A DNA stretch of 13,618 bases from Bacteriovoracia bacterium (GTDB lineage Bacteria; Bdellovibrionota; Bacteriovoracia; Bacteriovoracales; Bacteriovoracaceae): the NCBI GenBank assembly GCA_046570105.1, contig JBKHVI010000063.1, positions 1 through 13,618 on the forward strand, in the 5' to 3' direction. The notes beneath the pieces were generated by a model. The model worked only from the letters and a program-made list of their open reading frames with translations, was not told the origin of the DNA and did not search any database. Positions within the stretch are counted from its first letter, which is position 1, and each line of letters starts with the position of its first letter. The translations under genes and the position numbers were made by a program. Shown here piece after piece: positions 1 through 7,667 of the stretch.

Positions 1-976
1 TGAGGTCTCCCTTGAATTTGACTTTGGTCATAATTGTGCGCATTTCATTATGAATGCGCTCGGTTTCGGCCACACCTAATTGATAAATTTCATCAGCGCT
101 CATCTCTGTCGTCGTCATGCGCTTTAAGCGATTTGCGTAATAGCTTTTGCCACGAGGAAGGGAAGTGGCCGCACCTTCAACGGGAGCGAGAGGTTCAAGT
201 TCAGTGAGCTTAGTGATGAGCGCTTCATAGCCTGGCTTCACGGAACTGAGCAGAGCCGCTTCTAACGCCTTAACTAAGTCGGCTTTCACACTGTTTCTAA
301 TTTTAAGAGATTTGAGTTTTTCTTTGAAATCCGCCAAGAGTGGAGAGTCGTTTTTTGATTGATCAAAGGGACGACCGCTGATGATATTCTTAGAATCATC
401 AATCGCCTTGGGATAAACAAACTTCGGAGCAAGAATCCCTTTTTGGCGACGTGCTTCGAGATTTGCAACGAGATCATTGAGTTGCTTATTAAAACTATTG
501 ATACGAGTTACGTAGGCCTTAGCATCATCAAGAGATTGCACTCGGTGCATATTCATCATGAAGCTTGGTAGTTCCGCGTGACGACCAAACATTTGATTAA
601 CCGGGTAGTCGTGCATACGAAATTTAAAGTCTTCGATATTTTCCTTCATACTCTGCTCAAATAGGCGGTAGCTGAGTTGAGTTTGAGGATCAAGCGCATC
701 GTAGTTATAAGTTTTAAGCTCTTCGAGTTGAGCTTCATTAATGGCCAATTCTTTTTTCGCCATCTCATCAGTCGTGTCGTTGAGTTTATCGTAATCTTTC
801 TTTCCACCCATATAGGTTTGCCACTCAGGGTAGCGATCCACGGCCGATCTAAAAGCGCGCTCGAAAAACTCATTTAAGCGCTTAGATTCTTGAGCGACTA
901 CCGCAGGGGAATAGGTCTTGGGAGCACTGGCACAGGCCATCAGCACTGTGAGCAGTAGATAGAGGGCAAATTTCAT
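1..976 (-). CDS. DUF885 family lipoprotein (5' part; runs off the left edge of the window)
   Basis: Absent from the ORF track because there is no stop in the window. Read by hand from ATG at 976: MKFALYLLLTVLMAC-ASAPKTYSPAVVAQESKRLNEFFERAF...YPVNQMFGRHAELPSFMMNMHRV...AKAYVTRI...GILAPKFVYP...LPRGKSYYANRLKRMTTTEMSADEIYQLGVAETERIHNEMRTIMTKVKFKGDL. Lipobox LMA-C15. The YPVNQM, LPxGxxYY and TTTxxSADEIxxLG segments are typical of DUF885. AAGGA SD upstream. Confidence 0.88.
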   Translation of the reverse strand, partial: MKFALYLLLTVLMACASAPKTYSPAVVAQESKRLNEFFERAFRSAVDRYPEWQTYMGGKKDYDKLNDTTDEMAKKELAINEAQLEELKTYNYDALDPQTQLSYRLFEQSMKENIEDFKFRMHDYPVNQMFGRHAELPSFMMNMHRVQSLDDAKAYVTRINSFNKQLNDLVANLEARRQKGILAPKFVYPKAIDDSKNIISGRPFDQSKNDSPLLADFKEKLKSLKIRNSVKADLVKALEAALLSSVKPGYEALITKLTELEPLAPVEGAATSLPRGKSYYANRLKRMTTTEMSADEIYQLGVAETERIHNEMRTIMTKVKFKGDL

Positions 977-1002
977 GGATCATCCTTTGTTAAACCCTCA
1001 AA

Positions 1003-1032
1003 AGATTAGGCCTAGAACTGGCGGTCTGTAAA
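1003..1032 (-). promoter_or_regulatory. Putative sigma70 promoter for the DUF885 gene (TTTACA-N18-TAATCT)
   Basis: Minus strand -35 TTTACA (1032-1027), 18-nt spacer, -10 TAATCT (1008-1003), followed by a short leader carrying AAGGA before ATG 976. Confidence 0.5.
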
Positions 1033-1069
1033 TTTTCCTCTCCTTAAACAGCGCGATTTAAAGGTGGGA

Positions 1070-1075
1070 TATAAT
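1070..1075 (+). promoter_or_regulatory. Consensus -10 box TATAAT upstream of the secreted-protein gene
   Basis: Perfect TATAAT, 10 nt before ATG 1086, with no SD in between. No convincing -35. Confidence 0.45.
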
Positions 1076-1085
1076 CTTGAAACTT

Positions 1086-2414
1086 ATGAAATTTACTCAA
1101 GTGTTAACTCTATCGCTGGTTTTAAGCAGTGCTGCACATGCGCAGGACTTGTTTAAGTACTTGCCGCCTGAATTGCAGGAAGAAGCACTCGCTCCCGAAG
1201 AGACTTTAGTCGAAAAAAAGAAGCCACGAGTCGAAGAACTCGATATGGAAAAGTTTGGCGATCTGGAGTCTTGGCTTAATAAAGATCTCTATCTCGCCTC
1301 GGGCTACCAGCAACAGCGCTATCAACTCAAAGACATTCAAGGTGACGTTGCACTGGTATCTTTTGCTCGCACCAACATGAAGCGTATCAAACTGATGATC
1401 AAAAAAGATCATGAAGGCATCCGTGAATTAGTCGCCCTTCAACAAGACGGTTTTGAGCGCTACAAAAGCGTTTATCAGCAATGGACATTTAATCAACTCG
1501 ATGACCAGCCGTTAGATTTCACCCTCACGGAAGAGCGTATCGCTCAACTGCATGTGAGCGATGAGAGTAAAGCACTTCTTCGTGAGCATGCCCTTGGAAC
1601 TGATTTAGGTTTTGAGCTCAAATCAAAACCTTTTCACGCCAAAAATGTCGTCAATATGATGATGCAAGTTATTGTTGAAGAGCGTGAGAAGGGGATTGAG
1701 CCGAAAGTTGGCACTGAGCATGTCTTCTCGGAAGAGATGTACAAATACTATAAAAAAGAATTCCCAGTTTTACGTACTGGTATGTCGAAGATTTTTATGG
1801 CGCTTGGGAATGGTCTGACGTTCCGTTTTATGATCACCGAAAAAGAAGAGGCCCTCGCTCATTTGATTGAAGCAGAGCCCGCTGAATCAGTTTCTATCGA
1901 GAAAGCCTTTCGTCTGTCTTATCAGTTAAATGATGGCGATGTTTACCTCACTCTCTTAACACTTGAGAATTTGTTCGCTTATCATTGGAATAATCCTCAG
2001 CGTGATCGCGTTTCTGTTCTTCAACGTTTAAAGCCTTTCACTCACTATTTTAATAAGGGTGATAAGTTTGGTCATTGGTATCACTTCTGGGGCATGGTGC
2101 TTTACGGCCACTTGCGTGGTTCATTTAGAGCAGGTCTCGTGGGTGGAATTGAAGAAGTGTTGAGTCGCTTGGCCGGCGGTGAAGCCGAGCAAGAGAATCA
2201 AGAAGGTAAAGTGAATATCTACGGCGGTATTGCCGGTGGTAAGTTGAGAAAGATGTTAGATAAGAAGAGCTATCTCAAGTTTAAGGCCGATCCTATATAC
2301 CTGCAGGAAACTTACTATCTCGAACCGATGAAGCTTGATGAAGCGATTAAAAAACGCTTCAAAGCACCGAAAAAACAGTCAAAAAAACATTTCCATAAGT
2401 CGCACTTGCACTAG
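1086..2414 (+). CDS. Uncharacterised secreted protein (Sec signal peptide; C-terminal DKFGHWYHF motif)
   Basis: 442-aa ORF from ATG 1086 (the track uses TTG 1077). Signal peptide MKFTQVLTLSLVLSSAAHA|QD with an AxA cleavage site. No family recognised with confidence. Confidence 0.8.
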   Translation: MKFTQVLTLSLVLSSAAHAQDLFKYLPPELQEEALAPEETLVEKKKPRVEELDMEKFGDLESWLNKDLYLASGYQQQRYQLKDIQGDVALVSFARTNMKRIKLMIKKDHEGIRELVALQQDGFERYKSVYQQWTFNQLDDQPLDFTLTEERIAQLHVSDESKALLREHALGTDLGFELKSKPFHAKNVVNMMMQVIVEEREKGIEPKVGTEHVFSEEMYKYYKKEFPVLRTGMSKIFMALGNGLTFRFMITEKEEALAHLIEAEPAESVSIEKAFRLSYQLNDGDVYLTLLTLENLFAYHWNNPQRDRVSVLQRLKPFTHYFNKGDKFGHWYHFWGMVLYGHLRGSFRAGLVGGIEEVLSRLAGGEAEQENQEGKVNIYGGIAGGKLRKMLDKKSYLKFKADPIYLQETYYLEPMKLDEAIKKRFKAPKKQSKKHFHKSHLH

Positions 2415-2433
2415 GTCATTTCATTGCCATATT
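2406..2433 (+). promoter_or_regulatory. Putative promoter giving a leaderless rhomboid mRNA (TTGCAC-N16-CATATT, extended -10 TG)
   Basis: -35 TTGCAC 2406-2411, TGC 2425-2427, -10 CATATT 2428-2433, then 7 nt to ATG 2441. Confidence 0.5.
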
Positions 2434-2440
2434 AGCAGGC

Positions 2441-3145
2441 ATGGAAGTCATCCGAAAAAATTGGTTCACCGAAAAGCGTCCCAAAAGTTTTTTGCCGGCA
2501 TTATTGATGATGGCGCTGATCTATTTGATGAGCACGATTTATTTTCAAAATACATTCGGACTGCAATCTCAACTGGCGGCCAGTGGGAGACAAGTTTTTC
2601 TACAGCACGAATGGTGGCGCTTGTGGACGGCGCTTTTTATCCATGGCGATCTGGTGCATCTATTCAGTAATTCTTTGCTCTTCTTTTTATTTGCTCATCT
2701 TTTGATGGGGACGTTCAGTTGGTGGTTTTTTCCACTCGTCAGTTTTCTGGTAGGCGGGCTTACGAATCTGATTGTTCTTAGTACTCTTCCTTATGATGTG
2801 AATCTTTTAGGGGTTTCTGGTGTAATTCACTGGATGGGAGCGGCCTGGCTGACGCTTTATTTTTTCATCGATCGTCGTCATCACTGGCGCACGCGTTTTG
2901 GGAGTGCTTTGTTTTTAAGTCTGATGCTGTTTATGCCAGACACCTATAAACCGGAAGTCAGTTACTCAAGTCACTTCATCGGTTTTGTGCTGGGGATTTT
3001 TTCAGCACTCGGCTATTACGCACTTAAGCGGGAACATTTTCATTCATTTGAAGAGCGCGAGATCATCATTGAACCAGAGCCGGAGTTTGATGATTGGAAG
3101 CCTGTTAGCGACCAGCAACTTCCAGCTGTGGTTTTGCCAGAGTAA
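2441..3145 (+). CDS. Rhomboid family intramembrane serine protease
   Basis: EWWRLWTALFIHGDLVHLFSN (WR motif and HxxxxHxxxN), catalytic GxS in LLGVSG, catalytic His in SYSSHFIGFVLG, about six hydrophobic helices. Confidence 0.93.
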   Translation: MEVIRKNWFTEKRPKSFLPALLMMALIYLMSTIYFQNTFGLQSQLAASGRQVFLQHEWWRLWTALFIHGDLVHLFSNSLLFFLFAHLLMGTFSWWFFPLVSFLVGGLTNLIVLSTLPYDVNLLGVSGVIHWMGAAWLTLYFFIDRRHHWRTRFGSALFLSLMLFMPDTYKPEVSYSSHFIGFVLGIFSALGYYALKREHFHSFEEREIIIEPEPEFDDWKPVSDQQLPAVVLPE

Positions 3146-4130
3146 GTCCGTAGTGAGCGAGTTTTTTAAGAGCGATACCATAAAAAACATCGGCGAGAAT
3201 ATACTGTGAGCCGTAATCGCGGCTGGCATAGATGGCACGAATCAAAATCCATGATGAGTCAATCTCACGAACTAACACCAGAGGTTGGGGATCAAGCAGC
3301 ATGCCGGGTGTTTCTTCGATCGCCTCACGCAGCGCTTTGCGCGCTAATTCAATATTAACTGCATGAGGGAAGCGGAAAGATTGACCACGCAAAAAGGGCT
3401 GAGTCTTGCCCGAGAAGTTAATAATCTGCCATTGAGAAATAGTGCGATTGGGAATGGTGATCATTTCATCCGTCATAGACTGCAACAGTGTCGCGCGCCA
3501 AGAGAGTTCTTTAACTTGGCCGGCAATAATTTCACCGTTGTGGTGAAGTTCGATCCAATCATCCATGGCAAAAGGTTTATCAATTTGCAGTGAGATAGCG
3601 GCAAATAAATTACCCAGCGTTTCTTGCATAGCTAAACCTAAAACGATGGTGAGGACGGCCGAGGTAGCGAGGACGGAAGTGACTTTGACATCAAAGAAGT
3701 AAGTCATCGCCCAGGCGCAGATGATTAAAAAGAGAATAAGCGAAGCAATGTTAACCAACAAAAGTGGAACACCGGCCTTCTTGCTGTAGAAAAAGAAGTA
3801 CTCGTTGGCCATGACTTGAACGATTTTAATAAATATATTGGCGCCAAAGAAAATGCAGAGAAGTCCGACATAGCCGGAAGTCAGAAAGAGCCATTCTTCT
3901 TTAATCGGCAGTGAACGTAAGAAGAGGTAAGTGCCAAAGCTAATAAGTCCCAAGATAAGAGAATTACGCAATTCCTGAAAAAGGGTCGCAAAGAGTTTAT
4001 GGCGACTCTTAGAGAGATCTTTCAAAGCGACTTTATAGAAGATCCATGAACCTAGTGAAAGTACCACGAGGATCACGGCAAACTGGATCTGAACAATCGA
4101 AAAAATACGCGCTTGGATGATAGGATTCAT
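3105..4130 (-). CDS. Small-conductance mechanosensitive channel (MscS family)
   Basis: Several N-terminal TM helices, then GLAMQETLGNLFAAISLQIDKPFAMDDWIEL, G.V.E.SWRAT and ITIPN..I....IIN.S, which are MscS core signatures. Confidence 0.93.
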   Translation of the reverse strand: MNPIIQARIFSIVQIQFAVILVVLSLGSWIFYKVALKDLSKSRHKLFATLFQELRNSLILGLISFGTYLFLRSLPIKEEWLFLTSGYVGLLCIFFGANIFIKIVQVMANEYFFFYSKKAGVPLLLVNIASLILFLIICAWAMTYFFDVKVTSVLATSAVLTIVLGLAMQETLGNLFAAISLQIDKPFAMDDWIELHHNGEIIAGQVKELSWRATLLQSMTDEMITIPNRTISQWQIINFSGKTQPFLRGQSFRFPHAVNIELARKALREAIEETPGMLLDPQPLVLVREIDSSWILIRAIYASRDYGSQYILADVFYGIALKKLAHYGLTLAKPQLEVAGR

Positions 4131-4175
4131 GATTGAATTCTAGTGTGATTGCAACTTTATGACTATGCTCAAGCT
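4131..4175. promoter_or_regulatory. 45-bp divergent promoter region mscS / rlmF, both apparently leaderless
   Basis: Minus: TAGTCA (4165-4160)-N17-TAGAAT (4142-4137)-N6-ATG 4130. Plus: TATGCT (4164-4169)-N6-ATG 4176. Neither gene has an SD. Confidence 0.6.
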
Positions 4176-5033
4176 ATGCTCCACCCTAAAAATAAACATC
4201 AAGGCCACTATCCCTTAAAAGAGTTGGCCAAAACTTTGCCGGAACTGAATAAGTTTCTCCTGGCCCATCCGATCGAAGGGGAGACCATTGATTTTACCAA
4301 TCCAGAGGCCGTACTGACGCTCAACCAAGCACTCTTAAAGCATTATTATGCCATTTCACACTTTAGTCTCCCCAAGGGTTATCTCACTCCGCCCATTCCT
4401 GGCCGGGCCGATATGCTTTTGTATTTGGCGGATTTGATTAAACAGTCAGGTCCCAAAGTACGGGTGCTCGATATTGGTGTCGGGGCCAATTGCATTTACC
4501 CCCTTTTGGGGCGCTCACTTTTAGGATGGAGCTTTGTCGGAAGTGATATCAATCTAGCGGCGATTAATTGGGCCAAAGATTTGGTAAAGAAAAACCGACT
4601 TTCCAACATTGAACTGCGTCATCAGAACAATCCTAAGGCACTTTTTAAGGGTGTCATCGGTCCCGGCGAAAAATTTGATCTTACCATTTGTAATCCGCCT
4701 TTTTTTGCTTCCAAAAAAGAAGCCGAAGAAGAGAGTCAGCGTAAATGGAAGCATTTAGGGCACTCGCTCAAGGCGGATCATCGTAATTTTGGTGGTGAAT
4801 CCCACGAGTTATGGTGTGCCGGAGGTGAACCGGTATTTTTGGCGCAGATGGGAGCGGAGTCGGCAGAGTTTGCACAATCCGTGAAATGGTTTTCCACTCT
4901 GGTTTCAAAGGCAGCGCATCTGAAGGCCTTTGATCGAGTTTTAGAGAAGGCCGGTGCGACTGAGATGCATATTATTGATATGCAGCAAGGCCAGAAAAAG
5001 TCGCGCGTGGTGGCGTGGACTTTTAAGACTTAA
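4176..5033 (+). CDS. rlmF: 23S rRNA (adenine1618-N6)-methyltransferase RlmF
   Basis: LHPKNKH N-terminus, PPIPGRAD, LDIGVGANCIYPLLG (SAM binding), CNPPF (catalytic), NFGG...ELWCAGGE and C-terminal MQQGQKKSRVVAWTF. Start moved from TTG 4149 to ATG 4176 because the conserved LHP motif begins there. Confidence 0.95.
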   Translation: MLHPKNKHQGHYPLKELAKTLPELNKFLLAHPIEGETIDFTNPEAVLTLNQALLKHYYAISHFSLPKGYLTPPIPGRADMLLYLADLIKQSGPKVRVLDIGVGANCIYPLLGRSLLGWSFVGSDINLAAINWAKDLVKKNRLSNIELRHQNNPKALFKGVIGPGEKFDLTICNPPFFASKKEAEEESQRKWKHLGHSLKADHRNFGGESHELWCAGGEPVFLAQMGAESAEFAQSVKWFSTLVSKAAHLKAFDRVLEKAGATEMHIIDMQQGQKKSRVVAWTFKT

Positions 5034-5045
5034 GAATCGCATAAT

Positions 5046-5067
5046 AACCTCACTTAAAAGTGAGGTT
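5046..5067 (+). promoter_or_regulatory. Perfect inverted repeat occluding the pepN Shine-Dalgarno
   Basis: AACCTCACTT (5046-5055)-AA-AAGTGAGGTT (5058-5067). The SD-like GAGG is in the 3' arm and ATG is at 5070. No U-tract. A possible promoter TGGACT (5016-5021)-N18-CATAAT (5040-5045) lies just upstream. Confidence 0.65.
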
Positions 5068-5069
5068 CT

Positions 5070-7667
5070 ATGCGTTTGTTTATTTTATTTTCTCTCCTAA
5101 TTTCATCGATGAGTTTTGCCCGAGTGGCCGATGACAATCTCACATGGAAATTGGCACAGGCCCGCCGCAAACAAATTCAATCAGTCGCTTATCATTTAAG
5201 TTTTGATTTAAAGAAAGGCCAAGACCTCTACGCCGCTGTGGTTAAGATCGACTTGAAACTTAATCATACCAAAACAGATCTGAGCATTGATAAGCACACC
5301 CAAAAGATCACTTCTGTTATTGTGAACGGCGAAACGCTTAAAAAATTCCCAGAGCGCTCAGGCAGTTTAGATATTCCTAAGAAGTATCTCAAAAAAGAGA
5401 CCACCGTTATTATCGCTTTCACCAATGTCTTCAGCAAAGAGTCATCAGGCTTTCAGCGCTCAGTAGATCCGTTGGACGGGGGAGAGTATCTCTTCACCGA
5501 TTTTGAGCCTTATTATGCTCACTGGCTCTTTCCCTGTTTTGATCAGCCAGACTTAAAGGCGATTTATACCGTTCAGGCGACGGGCCCTAAAGAGTGGAAG
5601 ATTCTCCACAATGAACCAGCGATGGAAATTAAAGTCGAAGGTGACACTCAGACTGCTTATTTTAAATCAACACCACCGATGAGTCCTTATTTGTTCTTCT
5701 TGGGCGCGGGGCCTTATGCCGAGTGGCGCGACAAATACGAAGATATCCCTTTGGTTATTTACGCTCGCAAAACTCTCGCCGAGCATGTGGATCATAAGCG
5801 CTTATTTGAAACCACCAAAAAAGGTTTGAAATTTTTTAACGCTTATTTTGGTACTCCTTATCCTTACTCACAGTACGGACAAATTTTCATTCCTGAGTTT
5901 GCTTGGGGCGGAATGGAGAATCCAGGTGCTGTCGCACTCAATGAGCGCAATATTTTCCGCGGAGCTGTGACTCAGTCTCGCCTAGAAGGCAGAGATAGCC
6001 TGATTCTTCATGAGATGGCGCATATGTGGTTCGGTGATCTCGTGACCATGGAATGGTGGAATGATCTGTGGCTCAATGAGAGTTTTGCTACCTACCTTGC
6101 AAGTATTTCGCAAGACCGTGCTATGAAGTCGAAGGGCACTTGGATGAGCTTCCTTTCAACTAAGAACTGGGGCTACTGGCAAGACCAACTCGTCACCACT
6201 CATCCGATTGAGACTGCTGTTCCTGATACGCGCGCTACTAAGGCGAATTTTGATGGCATTACTTACGCCAAGGGTGCATCGAGCTTAAAGCAGTTGCATT
6301 TTTACGTGGGTGAAGAGGGGTTTCAAAAAGGTCTTGAGAGTTATTTCAAAAAGTATGCTTGGAAAAATACCCGTCGCGAAGATTTTATTAATGAAATCGC
6401 AGCGGCTTCAAAAAAAGATTTAAGTGGCTGGACAAAAAAATGGCTCCAAACTGCGGGACCAAATCGTGTCAAAGTGAAAGTGACATGCTCTGAAGGGGAA
6501 AAAGTAAAAATTGAACTCAAGCAACTCAAAAGTGTTTCGGGCACACTCTCTCCGCACCGTACGCGCCTTGGTCTCTATAAGATGGATGAGAAGCTTGAGC
6601 TCATTTCAACTCCAGAGATGGAGTACTCAGGTGAGCTGACCAAATTAGAACTTAGTAAAACTTCTTGTCCTGATTTTGTGCTACCGAATCAAGACGATAT
6701 GGATTACGCGCTCTTTGCTTTAGATGAAAAATCCTTGAAACTTTCGACTCAGGCAATGCAGACATTACCAAGTCCTCTTTCGCGCTATACTGTTTGGACA
6801 ATTCTTTCACAAATGGTGCGAGACCAAGAGTTGAAGGCGAGCGAGTTCTTGAGTGCGGCCATTGCTGCCGCTCGGGTTGAGACGGATGATTTGTTATTGG
6901 GACTCATCGTCAGCACTCGTAGCCCGCTCTATTGGCAGTACAAAGGCTATTTGACGGTGGATGAACGTGAAAAATTAGCACCAGAAATGGAAGCGATGGT
7001 GTGGAAACGTCTCAATGAAGCCGAAGCCGGTTCAAGTTCGCAGCTTAACTTTTTCGATTTCTATACCAGCGTGGTGCAAACCCACGAGGGGCTTGAGCGC
7101 TTGTTTGCTATGATTACTAAAAATGAGCTTCCTAAAGGCATCAAACTTGATCCAGATCGCCGCTGGCAGATTGTGACGACTCTGGCAGCTGAAGGGCACC
7201 CTCAAGCGCTCACACTTATTGCTGACGAGGAGAAACGTGATGCCAGTACTCTGGGTAAGCGCTACGCCTATGCCGCTAAAGTAGCAGTGCCGGAGCTCGC
7301 TAGTAAGCAGCGTTATTGGAAAGAGATTGTAGCTGCAAAAGATTTAACTTTCAGTACCCTCCGTCAGGCCGGTGGCCGCTTAAATAGTCCGAACTATCCA
7401 GAACTCTCAAGAATTCTCGCAAAAGAATTCTTTAAAGAAGTACGTAAGAAAGACTGGAAAAAGAATGACGATAGTGTGGAACTGTATTTTGAAAGTTACT
7501 TCCCAGGCACCCTGTGTTCGCAAGATTTACTTAATACCAGTCGCCAAGAGTTTAAACGCGTTCGCCACACCAGTCTCTTGAAGCGAGCTTGGTTAGAGGC
7601 CAATGACGAACTTTCACGTTGTGTGAAGGTTCGTGCCAAGAGTAAGCAGGCGAGTAAGGTTATCTAG
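5070..7667 (+). CDS. pepN: M1 family aminopeptidase N with signal peptide
   Basis: FEPYYAHWLFPCFDQPDLKA, exopeptidase motif GGMENPG, zinc motif HEMAHMWFG...WLNE (HEXXH-X18-E), FDGITYAKG with the catalytic Tyr, and a helical C-terminal domain. N-terminal MRLFILFSLLISSMSFA resembles a signal peptide. Confidence 0.93.
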   Translation: MRLFILFSLLISSMSFARVADDNLTWKLAQARRKQIQSVAYHLSFDLKKGQDLYAAVVKIDLKLNHTKTDLSIDKHTQKITSVIVNGETLKKFPERSGSLDIPKKYLKKETTVIIAFTNVFSKESSGFQRSVDPLDGGEYLFTDFEPYYAHWLFPCFDQPDLKAIYTVQATGPKEWKILHNEPAMEIKVEGDTQTAYFKSTPPMSPYLFFLGAGPYAEWRDKYEDIPLVIYARKTLAEHVDHKRLFETTKKGLKFFNAYFGTPYPYSQYGQIFIPEFAWGGMENPGAVALNERNIFRGAVTQSRLEGRDSLILHEMAHMWFGDLVTMEWWNDLWLNESFATYLASISQDRAMKSKGTWMSFLSTKNWGYWQDQLVTTHPIETAVPDTRATKANFDGITYAKGASSLKQLHFYVGEEGFQKGLESYFKKYAWKNTRREDFINEIAAASKKDLSGWTKKWLQTAGPNRVKVKVTCSEGEKVKIELKQLKSVSGTLSPHRTRLGLYKMDEKLELISTPEMEYSGELTKLELSKTSCPDFVLPNQDDMDYALFALDEKSLKLSTQAMQTLPSPLSRYTVWTILSQMVRDQELKASEFLSAAIAAARVETDDLLLGLIVSTRSPLYWQYKGYLTVDEREKLAPEMEAMVWKRLNEAEAGSSSQLNFFDFYTSVVQTHEGLERLFAMITKNELPKGIKLDPDRRWQIVTTLAAEGHPQALTLIADEEKRDASTLGKRYAYAAKVAVPELASKQRYWKEIVAAKDLTFSTLRQAGGRLNSPNYPELSRILAKEFFKEVRKKDWKKNDDSVELYFESYFPGTLCSQDLLNTSRQEFKRVRHTSLLKRAWLEANDELSRCVKVRAKSKQASKVI

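Noticed and set aside
286..877. Short ORFs 286-477, 359-571, 646-873 and 677-877
   Set aside because: All overlap the DUF885 gene in other frames or on the opposite strand and have no recognisable motifs.
2350..2414. Basic, His-rich C-terminal tail KKRFKAPKKQSKKHFHKSHLH as a metal-binding tag
   Set aside because: It coincides with A-tracts and the -35 of the rhomboid promoter, so it is more simply explained by promoter sequence constraints; no independent support.
5046..5067. Inverted repeat as an intrinsic terminator for rlmF
   Set aside because: No U-tract follows, the stem is AT-rich and it overlaps the pepN SD; treated as a translational or operator element instead.
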